A stretch of DNA of 64,000 nucleotides from Isurus oxyrinchus (taxonomy: Eukaryota): contig JANJGN010000159.1 of the NCBI GenBank assembly GCA_026770705.1, positions 992,001 to 1,056,000 of the forward strand, in the 5' to 3' direction. The notes under the pieces are model-generated. The model was not told where the DNA came from. It saw only the letters and a program-made list of their open reading frames with translations, and ran no database searches. The position numbers and the translations under genes are program-made. Shown here piece after piece: positions 1 through 12,419 of this stretch. Numbering within the stretch: the first letter of the stretch is position 1; each line of letters starts with the position of its first letter.

Positions 1-849
1 CATTTGTCCCCCTTCTGCCACTCTGAGTTCCAGGCTGTAGGCTCTAGCAGTGATGTTATTAGATTTCTAGACATTCGTGGAAGGGCATCGGAGGCCATCT
101 TGCGTGGCCATATTGCATTGGCAGGAGACACAGTGAATATAGAAATGCCTTCTCAATGTCTACCATGCCGAGCCTCTTCACACTCCTTCGCTCTTGCTGG
201 CTTCAGTGTTTACTCTCCTAATGAGCTGTATTAAATCAATGCCACATGAACAAGGTTGAATTTTAATTCCCGCAGGTTTTGAAGCCATGGTTTGCCATTA
301 GCAGAACACCGTTTATCACGTTCCGGAAATAAACTGGGGAAAGTTGCTTCTGACTGTTCATGAGAGTGATGAATGAGCTTACTGACGATGGAAAATGTCT
401 CAATGTTCCCTTTTATGACGTTGCTAAGCTCTCGTCGACCGAGTGAGGTGGACGCCAGCTGCTACCTCCTTACGTCTCCTTCATTTACGTCAGCAGCACA
501 GCTTCAGTTGTATTGCATGAACAAAATAAGCACTGGCCTCGTTTTCTTCAGTCCGAATGGATATGCTTCATTAAGGCTTTGTAACTAATGGAAAGAAAGG
601 CTGAGAGAGCCAGAAATTTATATAATGCCTTTTACAACCTCAGGATGTCCCAAAGTGCTTCCTGCTCATCAAATACTTTTGAACTGTGATGACTATTGTA
701 GTGGAAGGGAAACATGTCACCAATTTACTGGCAGCAAGGTTGCAAAGAAATTATTGATCAGGCAGACTTTTATTTAGTGCTCTGGGTTGAACAAAAACAA
801 CAATGTCTATTTAAATAGTGCCTTTAATACAAAGTGGGGGGTCGGGGGA

Positions 850-1150
850 GGCAGTGGCATAGTGGCATTGTTACTAGACTAGTAACTTGGGGACCTGGGT
901 TCAAATCCCACCATGGCACATGGTGAAAAAAAATCTGGAAGCCAAGAAACCATTATTGTAAAAACCCATCTGGCTCTGGCTCACTAATGCCCCTTAGGGA
1001 AGGAAATCTGCAGTCCTTACCTGGTCTGGCCTACATGCAACTCCAGACCCACATTGCCTCTGAAATACCTAACAAGTCACTCAGTTCTCAAGGGTAATTA
1101 AAGATTGGCAATAAATGCTGACCAAGCCAGTGATGAATGAATAAAAAAAA
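850..1150 (+). mobile_element. tRNA-derived SINE with LINE-B tail
   Basis: A-box tggcatagtgg, B-box gggttcaaatccc, body ggaaggaaatctg..ccttacctggtctggcc, tail ggcaataaatgctg. Confidence 0.85.
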
Positions 1151-1159
1151 ATAAACAAG

Positions 1160-1935
1160 CCACATAACTAAAGAGGTAGGTCCTAAGGAGGCTTTAAAAG
1201 AGGAGAGACAGGTGGCAAGGTGTAGGGAGGGAATTTCCAGATTTAGGGAGTGATTAAAATCAGGATGCTGAAGAGGCCAGAATTAGAGACCTCAGAAGGT
1301 TGTGGGGCTGGAAGGGAAGAGGTGAGGCCATGAAGGGATTTGAAATCAAGAAAGGCATTGTTTCAACAGGAACAAATGTAGACTAGTGAGTGCAAGGATG
1401 ATGGGTGAATGAGCCTTCAGTTAGGAGGTGGGCAGGAGAATTTTGGATAGACTTAAGTTCATGGAGGATAGAATGTGGGTGAGCATCCAGAAGTGTGTGA
1501 GAATAGCCAATTCCGAAGGTATCAAAAGCATGAATGAGGGTAACGGCTGCAGATGAGGCAGGGGTGAAGCCAAGTGATGTTATGCAGGTGATCTCAGTGA
1601 TGATATGTGATTGGAAGCTTACCTTGGGTCAGATATAACACGGAGGTTGTGAGCAGTCTAATCCAGCCTCAAGCAACTGAAATGGAGTTGATGGCAAGAG
1701 AGTGGACTTTGCGATGGGGCTGAAGAAAATGGGCGAGATTTTCCGGCCCCACCCACCACCAGGATTGTGCGGTCCCGCAGAAAGTTGATGGAATTTTGGC
1801 TGGTCCGCCACATCTCCTGTGACAGGCCCCACCACACCGGGACTATAAAATCCCAGCCAATGGCTTTAGCTTTCCCTATACTTAATTGGAAGAAATTTCT
1901 GTTTTTCCTGCACTGAATGTTGGACAAGGAATCTG
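1160..1935 (-). mobile_element. L2-type LINE 3' fragment (hosts MITE 1731-1858; its tail lies at about 770-830 beyond the SINE)
   Basis: Homologous to 54985-55490 and 27570-28050 in reverse. Further copies at about 24425-24720, 26440-26752, 34460-35620 and 41960-42170. Confidence 0.7.
1731..1858. mobile_element. Short Harbinger-type MITE (128 bp) inside an L2 fragment
   Basis: Ends gggcgagatttt and aaaatcccagcc. TSD AAT at 1728-1730 and 1859-1861. Host L2 sequence rejoins across it. Confidence 0.75.
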
Positions 1936-3029
1936 CTAAATTTCGGTTAGAACACCAGACAGCACTGCTTTAAATAGTTCCATGGGATCTTTAGGTCTGG
2001 GGCCTCAGTTTAATGTCTCATCCAAAGGACAACACCTTCGACAGTGCAGATATCCCTCAGTATGACACTGGGGTATCAGTCTACATTAAGTCTCTGGTGT
2101 GAGACTTGAAACTGTAGCCTTGACTCAAAGATGAGAGTACTGCCATCAATCCAAGACTGGGAAATCCCCATCCCCTAGCCTGCAAGGGACCTGTTTAAAA
2201 AATATGAAACCTAATACTTTGAATTGATGTCAACACACGTAACTCAGTTACACATTCAATTCCAGTTATAATTAAAACATACAAAAGCCATGAATAATGT
2301 TAGGCTCTATGCCTATAGAGTAATTTCAGATGTCAACTGAAAGTGGTTATATAACTTGGGATTTAAGCTACCAGACTGGATCCTGGGCACGGTAAAGCTA
2401 AATCCATACTAATTTACACCCCCTGGAGTCTGTAGGAAAGCCTGAGAACTTTCCACACTTAGAATGGCTTTTTGTTCATGTCAGAAGACAGTGAGCAGAA
2501 TCATCCGTGCCCGCTGGCATCGAGCATGTTCAGTGGTGTGAGCGGACAATATGGCGAGAAGGCCAAAAATCAGTTTCATGACCTCGTGAAACCAGTTTGT
2601 GGTCGTCTGCTCAGCCTGTCGATGGGGGGCCGTGTTTCCCATCCTTGGATGTCGGGAACCTCATTGTAATACATCAGCATATCATTATCAGGCCAGCCCG
2701 CAGTACTCATCCCCCCAACACTACCCCCCGACTCTGGATCATCTGCCCACATCGGCGGGAAAACATGCCAATGCAGAACACGTCTTGACAACTGTGATGT
2801 GCAGAAGTCGGGATTTACCACCAGGGCCTTGGTCACATCGTGGACATCCAAGGAGCAGAAGATGCTGGAGCCCAACACCAACGGCACACGGGAGGAACGT
2901 CCATGACATGCTGGGTGGATTCTCATGGACATGGCTCCGCTGTGAAGCAGCTCATGGATGTTGGAAACTGACTGTTGATGTTCACAACGGATGATGGTCA
3001 AAAGGTGGAGAGGAAGGTCTAGGATCAAC

Positions 3030-3940
3030 TGGGCGAGGAAGAGGTGTTGGGGGGGGTGGTGAGGTTGGGAGAGGGGGGAATGAAGGTGTCGGCAGGGTGA
3101 GGTTGGGGGAGTTGGAATGAAGGTTTTTGGGGGTTGAGGTTGAGGGGGGCGGGAATACAGGGAGGAGGGGTTAACGGAGAAGATGGCAGCTGGGGAGGTA
3201 GATGTAAGGGAAGGAGTTTGGAGGGGGAAGGAGTGCAGAGAGGGGAGGGAGTAAGGGTGGAAGAAGGAGTCAGGAAGGGGGAAGGAGTAAGGCTGGAGGA
3301 AGAGATATGGCTAGAGGAAGCAGTTGGGAGTGGGGGAAAGGCTAAGAGTGGCAGAAAAAGTAAGGATGTCTGAGGGAGTCAGGAAGGGTGTGGGACTAAG
3401 TGCGGGGGGAGTCTGGGGGGTTGGGAGGACTAATCGGGGGAAGGGGTTCCGAGGGGGAAGGGGTTCGGGAGGCAAGGGGTTCCGGGGATGAAGGGGTCTG
3501 GAGTGGGGCATTTCCAGGTGAACTTGCAAGGGAGGGGTCTGATGGATCCATGACTGCATTCTGGGGAGCAAACTGAGGGTGGGCATGGTATGAGGGAACA
3601 GTGAGAATATCCGAGGGCAGAGTGAGGCAGTAGGGTGGGAGGGTGAGCGTTCGATGGTAGTTGTGGAAGGAACAGCGAGGGTGGTCGGTGGGATCTCGGA
3701 GGCAGACACAGACTCTGGGGGTGGGAAGGAAGAGTTGGGGAGGTTAATGTGGATGAGGGTGGGATTTTTGGGAAGGAAAGGAACGTGCATGTTCACCTGG
3801 ACATCCCCGAAGAAAAAGGGTTGTGGCTGGTAGGTGACGGAGGGGAGGCGGAAGGAGATGCTGGGAGGTGGGGATTGGGGGGTTGCTGGGGTGTGGTTCA
3901 ACTGTGACAGGGGAAAGGAAATGGGTGACCGGGGGAGGTA
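3030..3940 (+). repeat. G/purine-rich low-complexity tract inside the Harbinger element
   Basis: Dense GGG/GGGG runs and gggaaggagt-type short repeats. It explains the spurious ORFs 3134-3373 and 3311-4174. Confidence 0.8.
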
Positions 3941-3999
3941 AAGGACAGGAGAGTGAGCATAAAACCAAATAAGCACCATGCTGTTCAAATGGAAAGTGA

Positions 4000-5702
4000 A
4001 ATGAGAGTCGTGGTGGGTGAGATCAGGTGCTGCATGGGAGTGTGAGCAGTGGGTGGGTGGAGATGCAGGTCGGCTCAGATGGACAACTGAAAGCGAATCA
4101 CAGCAGGCAACATCCAACATGCTCAGGACATTGAGATGGGAGAGCACGAGGCTCTGAAAGGCCCTGCCATACACACACTTCTCCCTCCAGAATCACTCAT
4201 CGGCCGGCTGCTCCCTCTACGGTGACAGAGGACAAGTTTGAGGGGCTCACAGGCAGAGTGGACGCGGAGGGAGTGCACAGCCTCAGAGATTCTTGAGTGG
4301 ATGACGCAGGGGTGCCCAGCTGCCGCTCCTCCTCCCTTCGGGTGCCCGAGGAACCCAGTTTGACACGTTGAGAGGAAGGAGCACATGGGGGGATGTCGAG
4401 GTGCCCCGTTTCCCACTCGCATTGTCACTGCAGGAACTCACCCATGTCTCCCGCGATGGAGTGCAGGTCTGCACACAAGTCCGCATTCTGCTGAACCAGA
4501 GTCTCCGTGGCATCCACCAAGCTCCCCATGGGACCTCCATACAAGCACAAGTAGGCACCACTTCATCAGTGAGCAGGTGTACACACTCCTCTGACTCACA
4601 AGCCACTTTGTTGAGGGCTTCCAACAGCTCTGCGTGATGTTCCCCCACCTTCTGCTGATTCTCCAGGGTGAGTTGGAAGGCCGAAACCAGAGGCTCGTCA
4701 TCCAACTCAGACCTCACAGATGCCTCATGTCCAGCAGTCCTCCATGTGCCAGGGAACTGAGCAGAACCTGCCTCTTGCTGCTGTGGACATGTGTCCATGT
4801 GGTGACCACCAGATTGTGAACCCAAGCCTGCTCTAGATCTAGGTTTTACCGAGGTGTGTATCTCTGCGCTGGTGGAGAGTGTGGGTAAGCGCTGTGACGT
4901 GTCTTCCAGGCTGCTTATTTCCAGCTCTTCAATGGAGGAGCTGTCCTTTGGCTGGAGGTGAGGACCTGAATGGAGCTGAGGGACTGGCTGGCTGAGGGTG
5001 ATGGTTGCTTGGCAGAGCTCCCTGTGAATCAAAGTAGAGATAATTCGTACATGGCAGCAGAGACAAACACAGGAGGGAAAGAGCACTCACAGTTGTGTTT
5101 AGAGAGGGATGATGTGGTGCAGGATCCTCACATGTTGCCATAAGCAGGGTCCACATCCTCAGATCGATGGCACGCACCTGAGTGAGGGGTCTAATGTGGG
5201 CCACTCCATCCACGGTCTGGGACCTCTACCTGCTGATGTGAACCAGTTTCTCCTGCATGAAAACAGATGGAGAGAGTGTGAGCAGGACACAGGGCACTGC
5301 ATGGAATGTTTGTGTGGTGAGCGGAGCCATGGACGGGATGAGGACTCGAGCTCCAGAGGATGAGCCTGATGGAGACGTGAGGGTTAATGCTGTTGTCCCC
5401 TGAGGTTTGACATCCCTGTGGATGTGTGATGTGCCTGTGAGTTGAGAGTGATGAGAAGAGTCACTGACCTTGGTGGAGCAGATGAGACCATTCATCCTGT
5501 AGCGGCACTGGGTGGCTGTCCTCTTTTGCAGGGCATTGGCTCTGATCACTGCCTCCCATGCTGGATTGGTGATGCTGCTGCCCCTCCTGTGGTCAGATAG
5601 TGCATAGAAGACATCACGGCGGGTCTCCACGGCATCCAAAAGGTGCTCAAGGGATACATCACTAAACCTGGGGCATGCAATCTTTTTGCCTTTCGGGGTC
5701 AT
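4000..5702 (-). pseudogene. Decayed Harbinger Myb/SANT-like (NAIF1-type) DNA-binding protein gene, three exons (5702-5469, 5252-5091, 5021 to about 4000)
   Basis: Exon 1 reads MTPKGKKIACPRFSDVSLEHLLDAVETRRDVFY...AWEAV...NALQKRTATQCRYRMNGL, with GT..AG introns. Exon 2 reads EKLVHISR*RSQTVDG (decayed E..TGGG motif). Exon 3 is Ser-rich with a helical region. In-frame stops and frameshifts are present. Confidence 0.8.
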
Positions 5703-6519
5703 TCTGTCTTCTGTGCAGCAAGCGTGGGCTGGAAGCACTGAGAGGTGTGCATGTAGCTAGACTTTAAATATAGCGCCTGGCCTGAGGAAGTGGCGAGGTG
5801 ATGGCGTGGCAGGTGAATGAGAGCTCACCTGCCATGGAAACGGGATGTTTCCCGGGAATGCCTAATTAATGTGTTGTGTTTGGGATGATATGGCATGAAA
5901 AGCCGCCATTACTGCAGTTAGTGCAAATCTGGGGAGATTCTGCCCAGTGAGTGTAGCATTCAATGATTTAATTGATCTCTGTTTGGTTGTATTAGCCTGT
6001 TCATTGATCTATATGTTCTCTGTGCTTGAATTCTTAAGCCAGCAGGTGGAGCTAGAGGGCTTAAATAAACTGACATTACACAGAACATTCCAGAATCTGG
6101 GCTGAGACCGTATGTTTAGAAATCCTGTCATTGCTGAGATATTTTTAAGTACTGGAAGTAAACCTGCTGTAGATTTAGAACAGGTGTCATCTCTGCATTG
6201 CTGTGAGATAAACTGGACACCTAAGATATACAAACATAACAGGGAACACCATCACTCCACTCTCTTACAACACTAGGCATGGAGCCTGGAGCTGTGTATA
6301 GAGCTCTCTTTTGATTGGAAAAATTGTGATGTGGCCAGTAATACAACTCGGGTCTGCTGGATGAGCATTACACTAGAGGATTTATCAATGTTAGAATAAT
6401 ATCACAGCAAAGATAAAGCGATGTATGGTGTAAAATCAAATAAAACATTGCTGTGCAGTGTGACATGTAATACTTCTGATATTTAATTGCACCGAATGTT
6501 ATATGAAAAACTATTTACC

Positions 6520-6915
6520 CTTTTACGACCTCACAACATCCCAAAGCATTTAACAGCCAATGAAATGCTTTTTGAAGTGCAGTCATTGTTGTAATAGGAA
6601 AGCTATTACAACACTATTGTGGTAGCTAATTTGCACACAACAAGCTCCCACAAACAGCGACATGATAATGACCATAGAACCTTTTTTAAAAAAAATGATG
6701 TTGATTGAGGGATAAATATTGGCCAGGGCACCGGGAAAAACAGCTTTGCTTTTATTCGAAATACCGCCATGAGATCTTTAATGCCCACCTGAGAGGGCAG
6801 ACAGGGCGTCGGTTTAATGCCTCACCCAAAAGGTGGCACCTCCAGCAGCAGCTGCACTCCCTCAGTACCACACTGGAGTATCAGCCTAGATCCTTATGCT
6901 CAAGCCTCTGGAGTT
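6520..6915 (-). mobile_element. Deu-domain SINE
   Basis: Reverse-complement match to 14012-14415. Further copies at about 615-770, 1950-2155, 38660-38880 and 39100-39240. Confidence 0.8.
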
Positions 6916-7038
6916 AGCTATTCAATCTAGACACACATTAAATATACAGAGCTTAATGTGCCAATAACAAATCCTAGATTTTTGTGTAGAAATTGGTATA
7001 AAATTAAAGTAATTACTGTTTCTTGTGTGTTGTTACAG

Positions 7039-7276
7039 GAAAGCCCTGAGGGATTTTGGAATTCCAGGCCAAAGCAACGGGGACAAGTTGGACAAAAGAA
7101 GCAAAAGTTCCAGTCTCCTAAATAGTCCGAGGAAGTCCCCAAACAGCAGCTGCCAGTCAAACATCCAAGATTTGTCTGTTGTCACCAACTGTGGCAGAAC
7201 CAAAGACCCCTACAGGATATCTATAGCAAAACAAGAACTGACGAGGACCAAGCCAGGTCACCAGGAAGTGTGCAAG
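7039..7276 (+). CDS. Putative internal coding exon of an unidentified host gene (phase 2 to phase 0): (R)KALRDFGIPGQSNGDKLDKRSKSSSLLNSPRKSPNSSCQSNIQDLSVVTNCGRTKDPYRISIAKQELTRTKPGHQEVCK
   Basis: Acceptor tcttgtgtgttgttacAG (7037-7038) and donor AAG|GTaggc (7277). Only one frame is open across 238 nt. The sequence is non-repetitive and encodes a Ser/Lys-rich disordered-type peptide. Confidence 0.7.
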
Positions 7277-7877
7277 GTAGGCATGTCGCAATTACGGTCT
7301 AATACTAATCTGTCGAGTAGTAACGTAGATGTGTGGGTCACAACATTGAAGGTGGAGGTGCATTGAATTCTGTGTACTGCATATTTTAAAACTGTGACCA
7401 TGTACCAGCTCCAACTACAATAGGAACTGCAGTTAATCACCCGCGTAATATTTCAGAAACAGGAGACCCACTCGGAGCTCCCCTGGGCCATAACTGAACC
7501 AACTTTTTCTTTCATACATTCCCTACTTTTGCTGAGATTCTGGTTACTAGAACCCTGAGCCTCAGCAGAATTGGCCCGTTGTCTCACCCTGAAATATTAA
7601 CAGAAATCTCACATTCCCCTTCTGGTGAGCTCAAAACTGGGACTTGTTTTGAGAGCAGAAATACCAGCTCTCATCCTGACATTGAGTTCACTGGAGCTTG
7701 GCAATGAGGAAGCGGACCAACGTGCCACACCCTCAGCTGAAAATCGGTGGGCATGCTGAAGGGAGTTTACCATGTTCAGAGAGGCGTAGATCTGTTGGAG
7801 CAAAGAGTAGGAATTTCCAGGTTTGGTAACCGGAAAGGGGATTGAACTCCAACCCATCATGTTGAGAAGGAAATCTG

Positions 7878-7983
7878 GGGCGGAATTTTATGCTGGCGGG
7901 ATTTTACCGTCCCGCTGAAGTCAGTGGAGTTTGGAACAGCTTGTCGCATTTGATGGCCGTGATGGGGCTGTAAAATTCTGTCC
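7878..7983. mobile_element. Short Harbinger-type MITE (106 bp)
   Basis: TIRs gggcggaatttta and taaaattctgtcc. TSD CTG at 7875-7877 and 7984-7986. Internal similarity to 54189-54304. Confidence 0.8.
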
Positions 7984-8959
7984 CTGGGAGCGGCAGAGAG
8001 AATTTCTGCTAAACTTCCCCCAGAGATGATATTCTGGAAACACACAGTCTGTGAAGAGGAAGTGGGGTTGTATGATGGGCACCCAGTGCAATTACACTCC
8101 ATTTTGACCTCTGCTAATGTTGAATTTTAATCCCAGTGGCACAGCAGGGGGTGATGCAAGATTAAAAAAAGTGGGTCCTTGTAGATCATTGGTGGGTGAT
8201 GACCTCCTGCCTTATACCAGTCACTGGACCCAGCTGAGAGTCCAGAATGTAAATGAGACCAGGGTTATTGCCTAACCGGACCCCCTCCCCTGCATACCCA
8301 GCCCGCCCTGAACACAAGCCCGACTGCCTATACTTAAGGTATAAAGGTTTAAGGGCTTCCCTGAATCCTGTCCTTAAGCCCGAAATGTTGCTGTCTTCCC
8401 TCTCTATGTAGCCATGTCCTTGCACTATGCTGCTTTGTTAGCCATCTGCATGCAGGAGACAGGCATGAGAAAACAAATGGAATGATCAATCTCCATCTTG
8501 CACATCCTCTGCTACCTCTCTATTTCCCATGTGTCTGCCCATGATGGTAACAAGATTTTGTCAATAATTCTGTCAATTTCTGAGGTGATCTGCTATCTGA
8601 AGTCACATGACCTTGACATGTTTTGTACCTTGCTGTCATCCCAAAGTGCTTTCTTTTAGGAATGGTGTAAGATATATTGTTAAAATGAGTCCTTTTGACA
8701 TGGTTTATGTTATATTTTAAATGCAACCCTTACATTGAAAGGCTATATTATGTTGAAAGGCTTAATCTATATCAGTTCCTTCTTCAAAATATATAAATCC
8801 CTAACATCTTAAAAAGACAAATAAAAATTTAGAGCATTGAAGCCGGCCTGTGGTACTAGTCATGCTGTCCTGTTATTTAATTACAACAGCTCTCCAATTA
8901 TATCTAGTTAGGTTCATTATGAATTTAAATAGGAAAGTCTAATGAGTGTTGATTTAAAA

Positions 8960-9295
8960 AGAAACACTTGCATTTATATAGCAGCTTTCACAACCACCTG
9001 GCATCCAAAAGTGCTCACAGCCAATGAGGTACTGTCACTGTTGCAATGTAGGAAATGCAGCAGACAATGAATGCACAGACAGCTCCCACAAACGACGATG
9101 TGATAATGACCAGAGAATCTGTTTTTGTGATGTTGATTAAGAGACGAATTTTGGCCAGGCCACCAGGAAGGACACTACTGCTCTTCTTTGACATAGTGAC
9201 ATGGGATCTTTTATGTCACCTGAGAGGGCAGGCAGGGCCTCAGTTTGACCTCCCGCCTGACAGACTGCACCTCTGACAGTGCAGCACTCCCTCAG
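8960..9295 (-). mobile_element. Deu-domain SINE
   Basis: Tail cttgcatttatatagc and Deu core in reverse. Confidence 0.8.
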
Positions 9296-9326
9296 ACTGT
9301 CAGTTATCACTTTTGTTCTCAGACTT

Positions 9327-9570
9327 GGGCTGGATTTTCCCGTCCTGAAGAGGGAAGCAAATGTGTTGGATGGGCTTTAAAAATGGTGGCCAGGATCCAA
9401 GTTTGGGATTCCCAGCCCCATTCCCAGTGCTGGCAATTTTCAGCGGCACAGGATAAGGGGGTTGGTCGGGAGCACGCACGATGATGTCCCACGTTGCTGG
9501 CACTGTTGGGGAAGTGAGCATTTCAGACCTTCCCCAATTTCAATGGAATCTGGCCGGTTTTGGAAGGCAG
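9327..9570. mobile_element. Partial Harbinger-type element (one terminus)
   Basis: Begins gggctggattttcc, the same TIR class. The other end is unclear because a SINE follows. Confidence 0.4.
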
Positions 9571-9589
9571 CTTGAATCATAGATTTTTA

Positions 9590-9940
9590 AAATTCATTCG
9601 TGGGATGTGGGAATGGGTGTTACTGATTAGGTCAGCATTTATTACCCATCCCTAATTGCCCTTGTTTACGGGGCATTTAAGAGTCATTGACTGTGGATCT
9701 GGAGTCCTATGTTGGCAGACCAGGCAAAGATTTCCTTCCCTAAAAGGCATTAGTGAACCAGATGGGTTTTGATGACAAACTGCAGCAGTCATCATTAGAC
9801 TTTTAATTCCAGATTTCTATTTAATTCAATTTCCACCATCTGCTATGGTGGGTTTCAGACCTGGGTCCCTGGGAGCATTACCCTGGGTCTGGGTCTCAAG
9901 ATTACCAGTCCAGTGATAATACCACTACGCCATCGCCTCC
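9590..9940 (-). mobile_element. tRNA-derived SINE (same family)
   Basis: Reverse-complement match to 850-1150 and 16415-16760. Confidence 0.85.
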
Positions 9941-10224
9941 CCAACAGAAGAGATGTCCTGAATATTGGGGAACTATAGTTTGGAGTCGGGAACTGTATGA
10001 CAGGTAAGTTCAAGAGGTGTTGCCAACTTCACAGGCCATAATGAAATGCTGTCTCATAAGTTATATATAAGTTTTTAATACAGTAAATGATAAGAGGGTT
10101 TTGTTTTAAGTGACCATGAAATAACATGTTTGCCAGGTTGTCACTTGTAACATCTGGCTGGTTGTCAAGGCACTGAACAGCATTGTGAAGGTGGAAAAGT
10201 CTTTGGATGCGTCAAAGTACATTA

Positions 10225-11580
10225 TAGAGTCGTAGAGGTTTATAGCACAGAAAAAGGCCCTTTGGCCCATCATGTCTGCGCTGGTCAAACAAGTACCTAA
10301 CTATTCTAATCCAGTTTTCCAGCACTTGGCCCATAGCCTTGTATGCCATGGCATCGCAAGTGCACATCCAAATACTTCTTAAAAGTTTTGAGGGTATCTG
10401 CCTCTACCACCCTCTCAGGCAATGAGTTCCAGATTCCCACCACCCTCTGGGTGAAAAAATTCTTCCCCATATCCGCTCTAAGCCTCCTGCCCCTTACCTT
10501 AAATCTATGCCCCCTGGTTATTGATCCCTCCACCAAGAAGAAAAGTTCCTTCCTGTCTACCCTATCTATGCCCCTCATAATTTTATACACTTCAATCATG
10601 TCCCCCCTCAATCTCCTCTGCTCCAGGGAAAATAACCCCACTCTATCCAATCTCTCCTCATAACTGAAACTCTCCAGCCCAGGCAACATCCTGGTAAATC
10701 TCCTCTGCACTCTCTTTAGTACAATCACATCCTTCCTATAATGCAGATGCCAGAACTGCATGCAGTGCTCTAACTGTGGCCTAACCTGCATTTTATACAG
10801 TTCCAGCATAACCTCCCCGCTCTTATATTCTATGCCTCGGCTAATAAAAGCAAGTATCCCATATGCCTTCTTAAATACCTTATCTACCTGTCCTGCTATC
10901 TTAAGGGTCTGGTGGACATGCACACCATGGTCCGTCTGATCCTCAATACTTCCCAGGGTCCTACCATACATTGTGTATTCCTGTGCCTTGTTTGTCCTGC
11001 ATCACCTCACACTTATCCAGATTAAATTCCATTTGCCACTCATCAGCCCCTCTGATCAGCCCATCTATATCCTCCTGTAAGTTAAGGCTATCCTCACTAT
11101 TTACCACCCCACCAATTTTCACGACATCTGTGAACTTACTGATCAACTCTCCTACATTCAAGTCTAAATCGTTTATATATACCACAAATAGCAAGGGACC
11201 CAACACTGATCCCTGTGGAAGCCCACTGGACACAGGCATCCAATCACAAAAACACCCCTCGACCATCACCCTCTGCTTCCCGCCACTCAGCCAATTCTGG
11301 TTCCAATTTGCCAATTTGCCTTGGATTCCATGGGCTCTTACCTTCGTTATCAGTCTCCCATGCGGGACTTTATCAAAAGACTTGCTGAAGTCCAAGTAGA
11401 CTACGTCATTGCCCTCATCTGCACACCTGGTCACCTCTTCAAAAAATTCAATCAAATTGGTCAGACATGACTTCCCCTTAACAAATCCATGCTGACTAAC
11501 CTTGATTAATCCCTGCCTCTCCAAGTATAGATTAATTCTGTCCCTCAGAATTGCTTCCAATAGTTTCCCCACCACCGAGC
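10225..11580 (-). mobile_element. CR1 (HER1-like) LINE, 5'-truncated, RT and C-terminal region
   Basis: SQHGFVKGKSCLTNLIEFFEEV, VYLDFSKSFDKVPH, GLPQGSVLGPLLF, KFTDV (decayed FADD), RRLRGDMIEVYKI, NFFTQRVVGIWNSLP. 3' tail ctctatgact-like. Confidence 0.95.
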
Positions 11581-12419
11581 TCCATGGATAAAGTGCTAAT
11601 CTATATTGTACAATACTGAAATTCAGATCTGATGGTGTGGACTGAGCACAGAGCTTTGCTTTTATCCTTCCAAGTTCAGTTTAGCCATCTGGCTGTTTCA
11701 AATGGGCCAACTTAAGCTTGGCCTGCCTGGTGACTTCCAGGTTGCTATGTAGCTTAGGGGGAACATTGGTTGGGAGTTTATCTATTGACACTTTATGACT
11801 GTGCTGAAATCCAGAGCAAGTGTAGTCCTAATATAGAATGTGGGTGCCAATCATTGAAAACTGGTGCACAAGTTACTCAGGCTTATTTTTCTGGCTGTTG
11901 AACTGTTTGTCTGTAACATAGAGTTCATAAAACATGTTCAAATGTCCATTTTGGAGAAAAACAATATTCACCATTGTGTCCACCCTTTTTATAAGCCATG
12001 CCTTCTGATAAGGACATTATGGGGCCTTGAGGGGTCACATAAACTTCATCAAAATGTTATTTTTCATTCTGGGTATCCATCTGCTGACTTTACATATCAG
12101 ACAAACAATAGACTCATTATTTCCATTTTAAAACCCCTGACAGCCCATTGCTTGTTAATTTAAAATCATATGGTATCGGCAGATGATAAAGGCTTTCAGA
12201 AGAAAGAACTAATACCATTGCGTTCGACATGACAATCTCACAGTATTATAATATCATGTGTCAGGAAATTAATGTGACATGGGGTCACATGTCTTTGTAT
12301 TACCATGCTGCTGTTATTACACAATGCCACCATGATAAGATTTTTGATGAACAATGCAAAAAATAAAGTGTAACTCATTGTTTATAAACAATGATAGCTG
12401 TTTTAAAAATATATATTTT

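Larger units (their letters stand above)
2493..5945 (-). mobile_element. Non-autonomous PIF/Harbinger element carrying only a Myb/SANT-like gene
   Basis: Imperfect TIRs gagcagaatcatcc (2493) and ggggagattctgccc (5945). Identical 3-bp TSD AGT at 2490-2492 and 5946-5948. Internal spliced Myb-like gene; no transposase motifs recognised. Confidence 0.85.

Noticed and set aside
360-390. C/D box snoRNA (TGATGA...CTGA)
   Set aside because: The boxes are only about 9 nt apart and there is no terminal stem.
850-920. tRNA genes (A/B boxes here and at about 14020, 16420, 19040, 39600)
   Set aside because: These are SINE heads: no cloverleaf, and each is followed by a SINE body.
3311-4174. 287-aa Pro/Ser-rich ORF
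   Set aside because: Product of the G-rich low-complexity tract inside the Harbinger element.
5469-5702. Host NAIF1/MSANTD gene
   Set aside because: Enclosed by TIRs and a TSD, has premature stops, and a paralogous decayed copy lies at 61392.
10306-11575. Active reverse transcriptase gene
   Set aside because: 5'-truncated CR1 with a frameshift or deletion and a mutated catalytic motif (FTDV).
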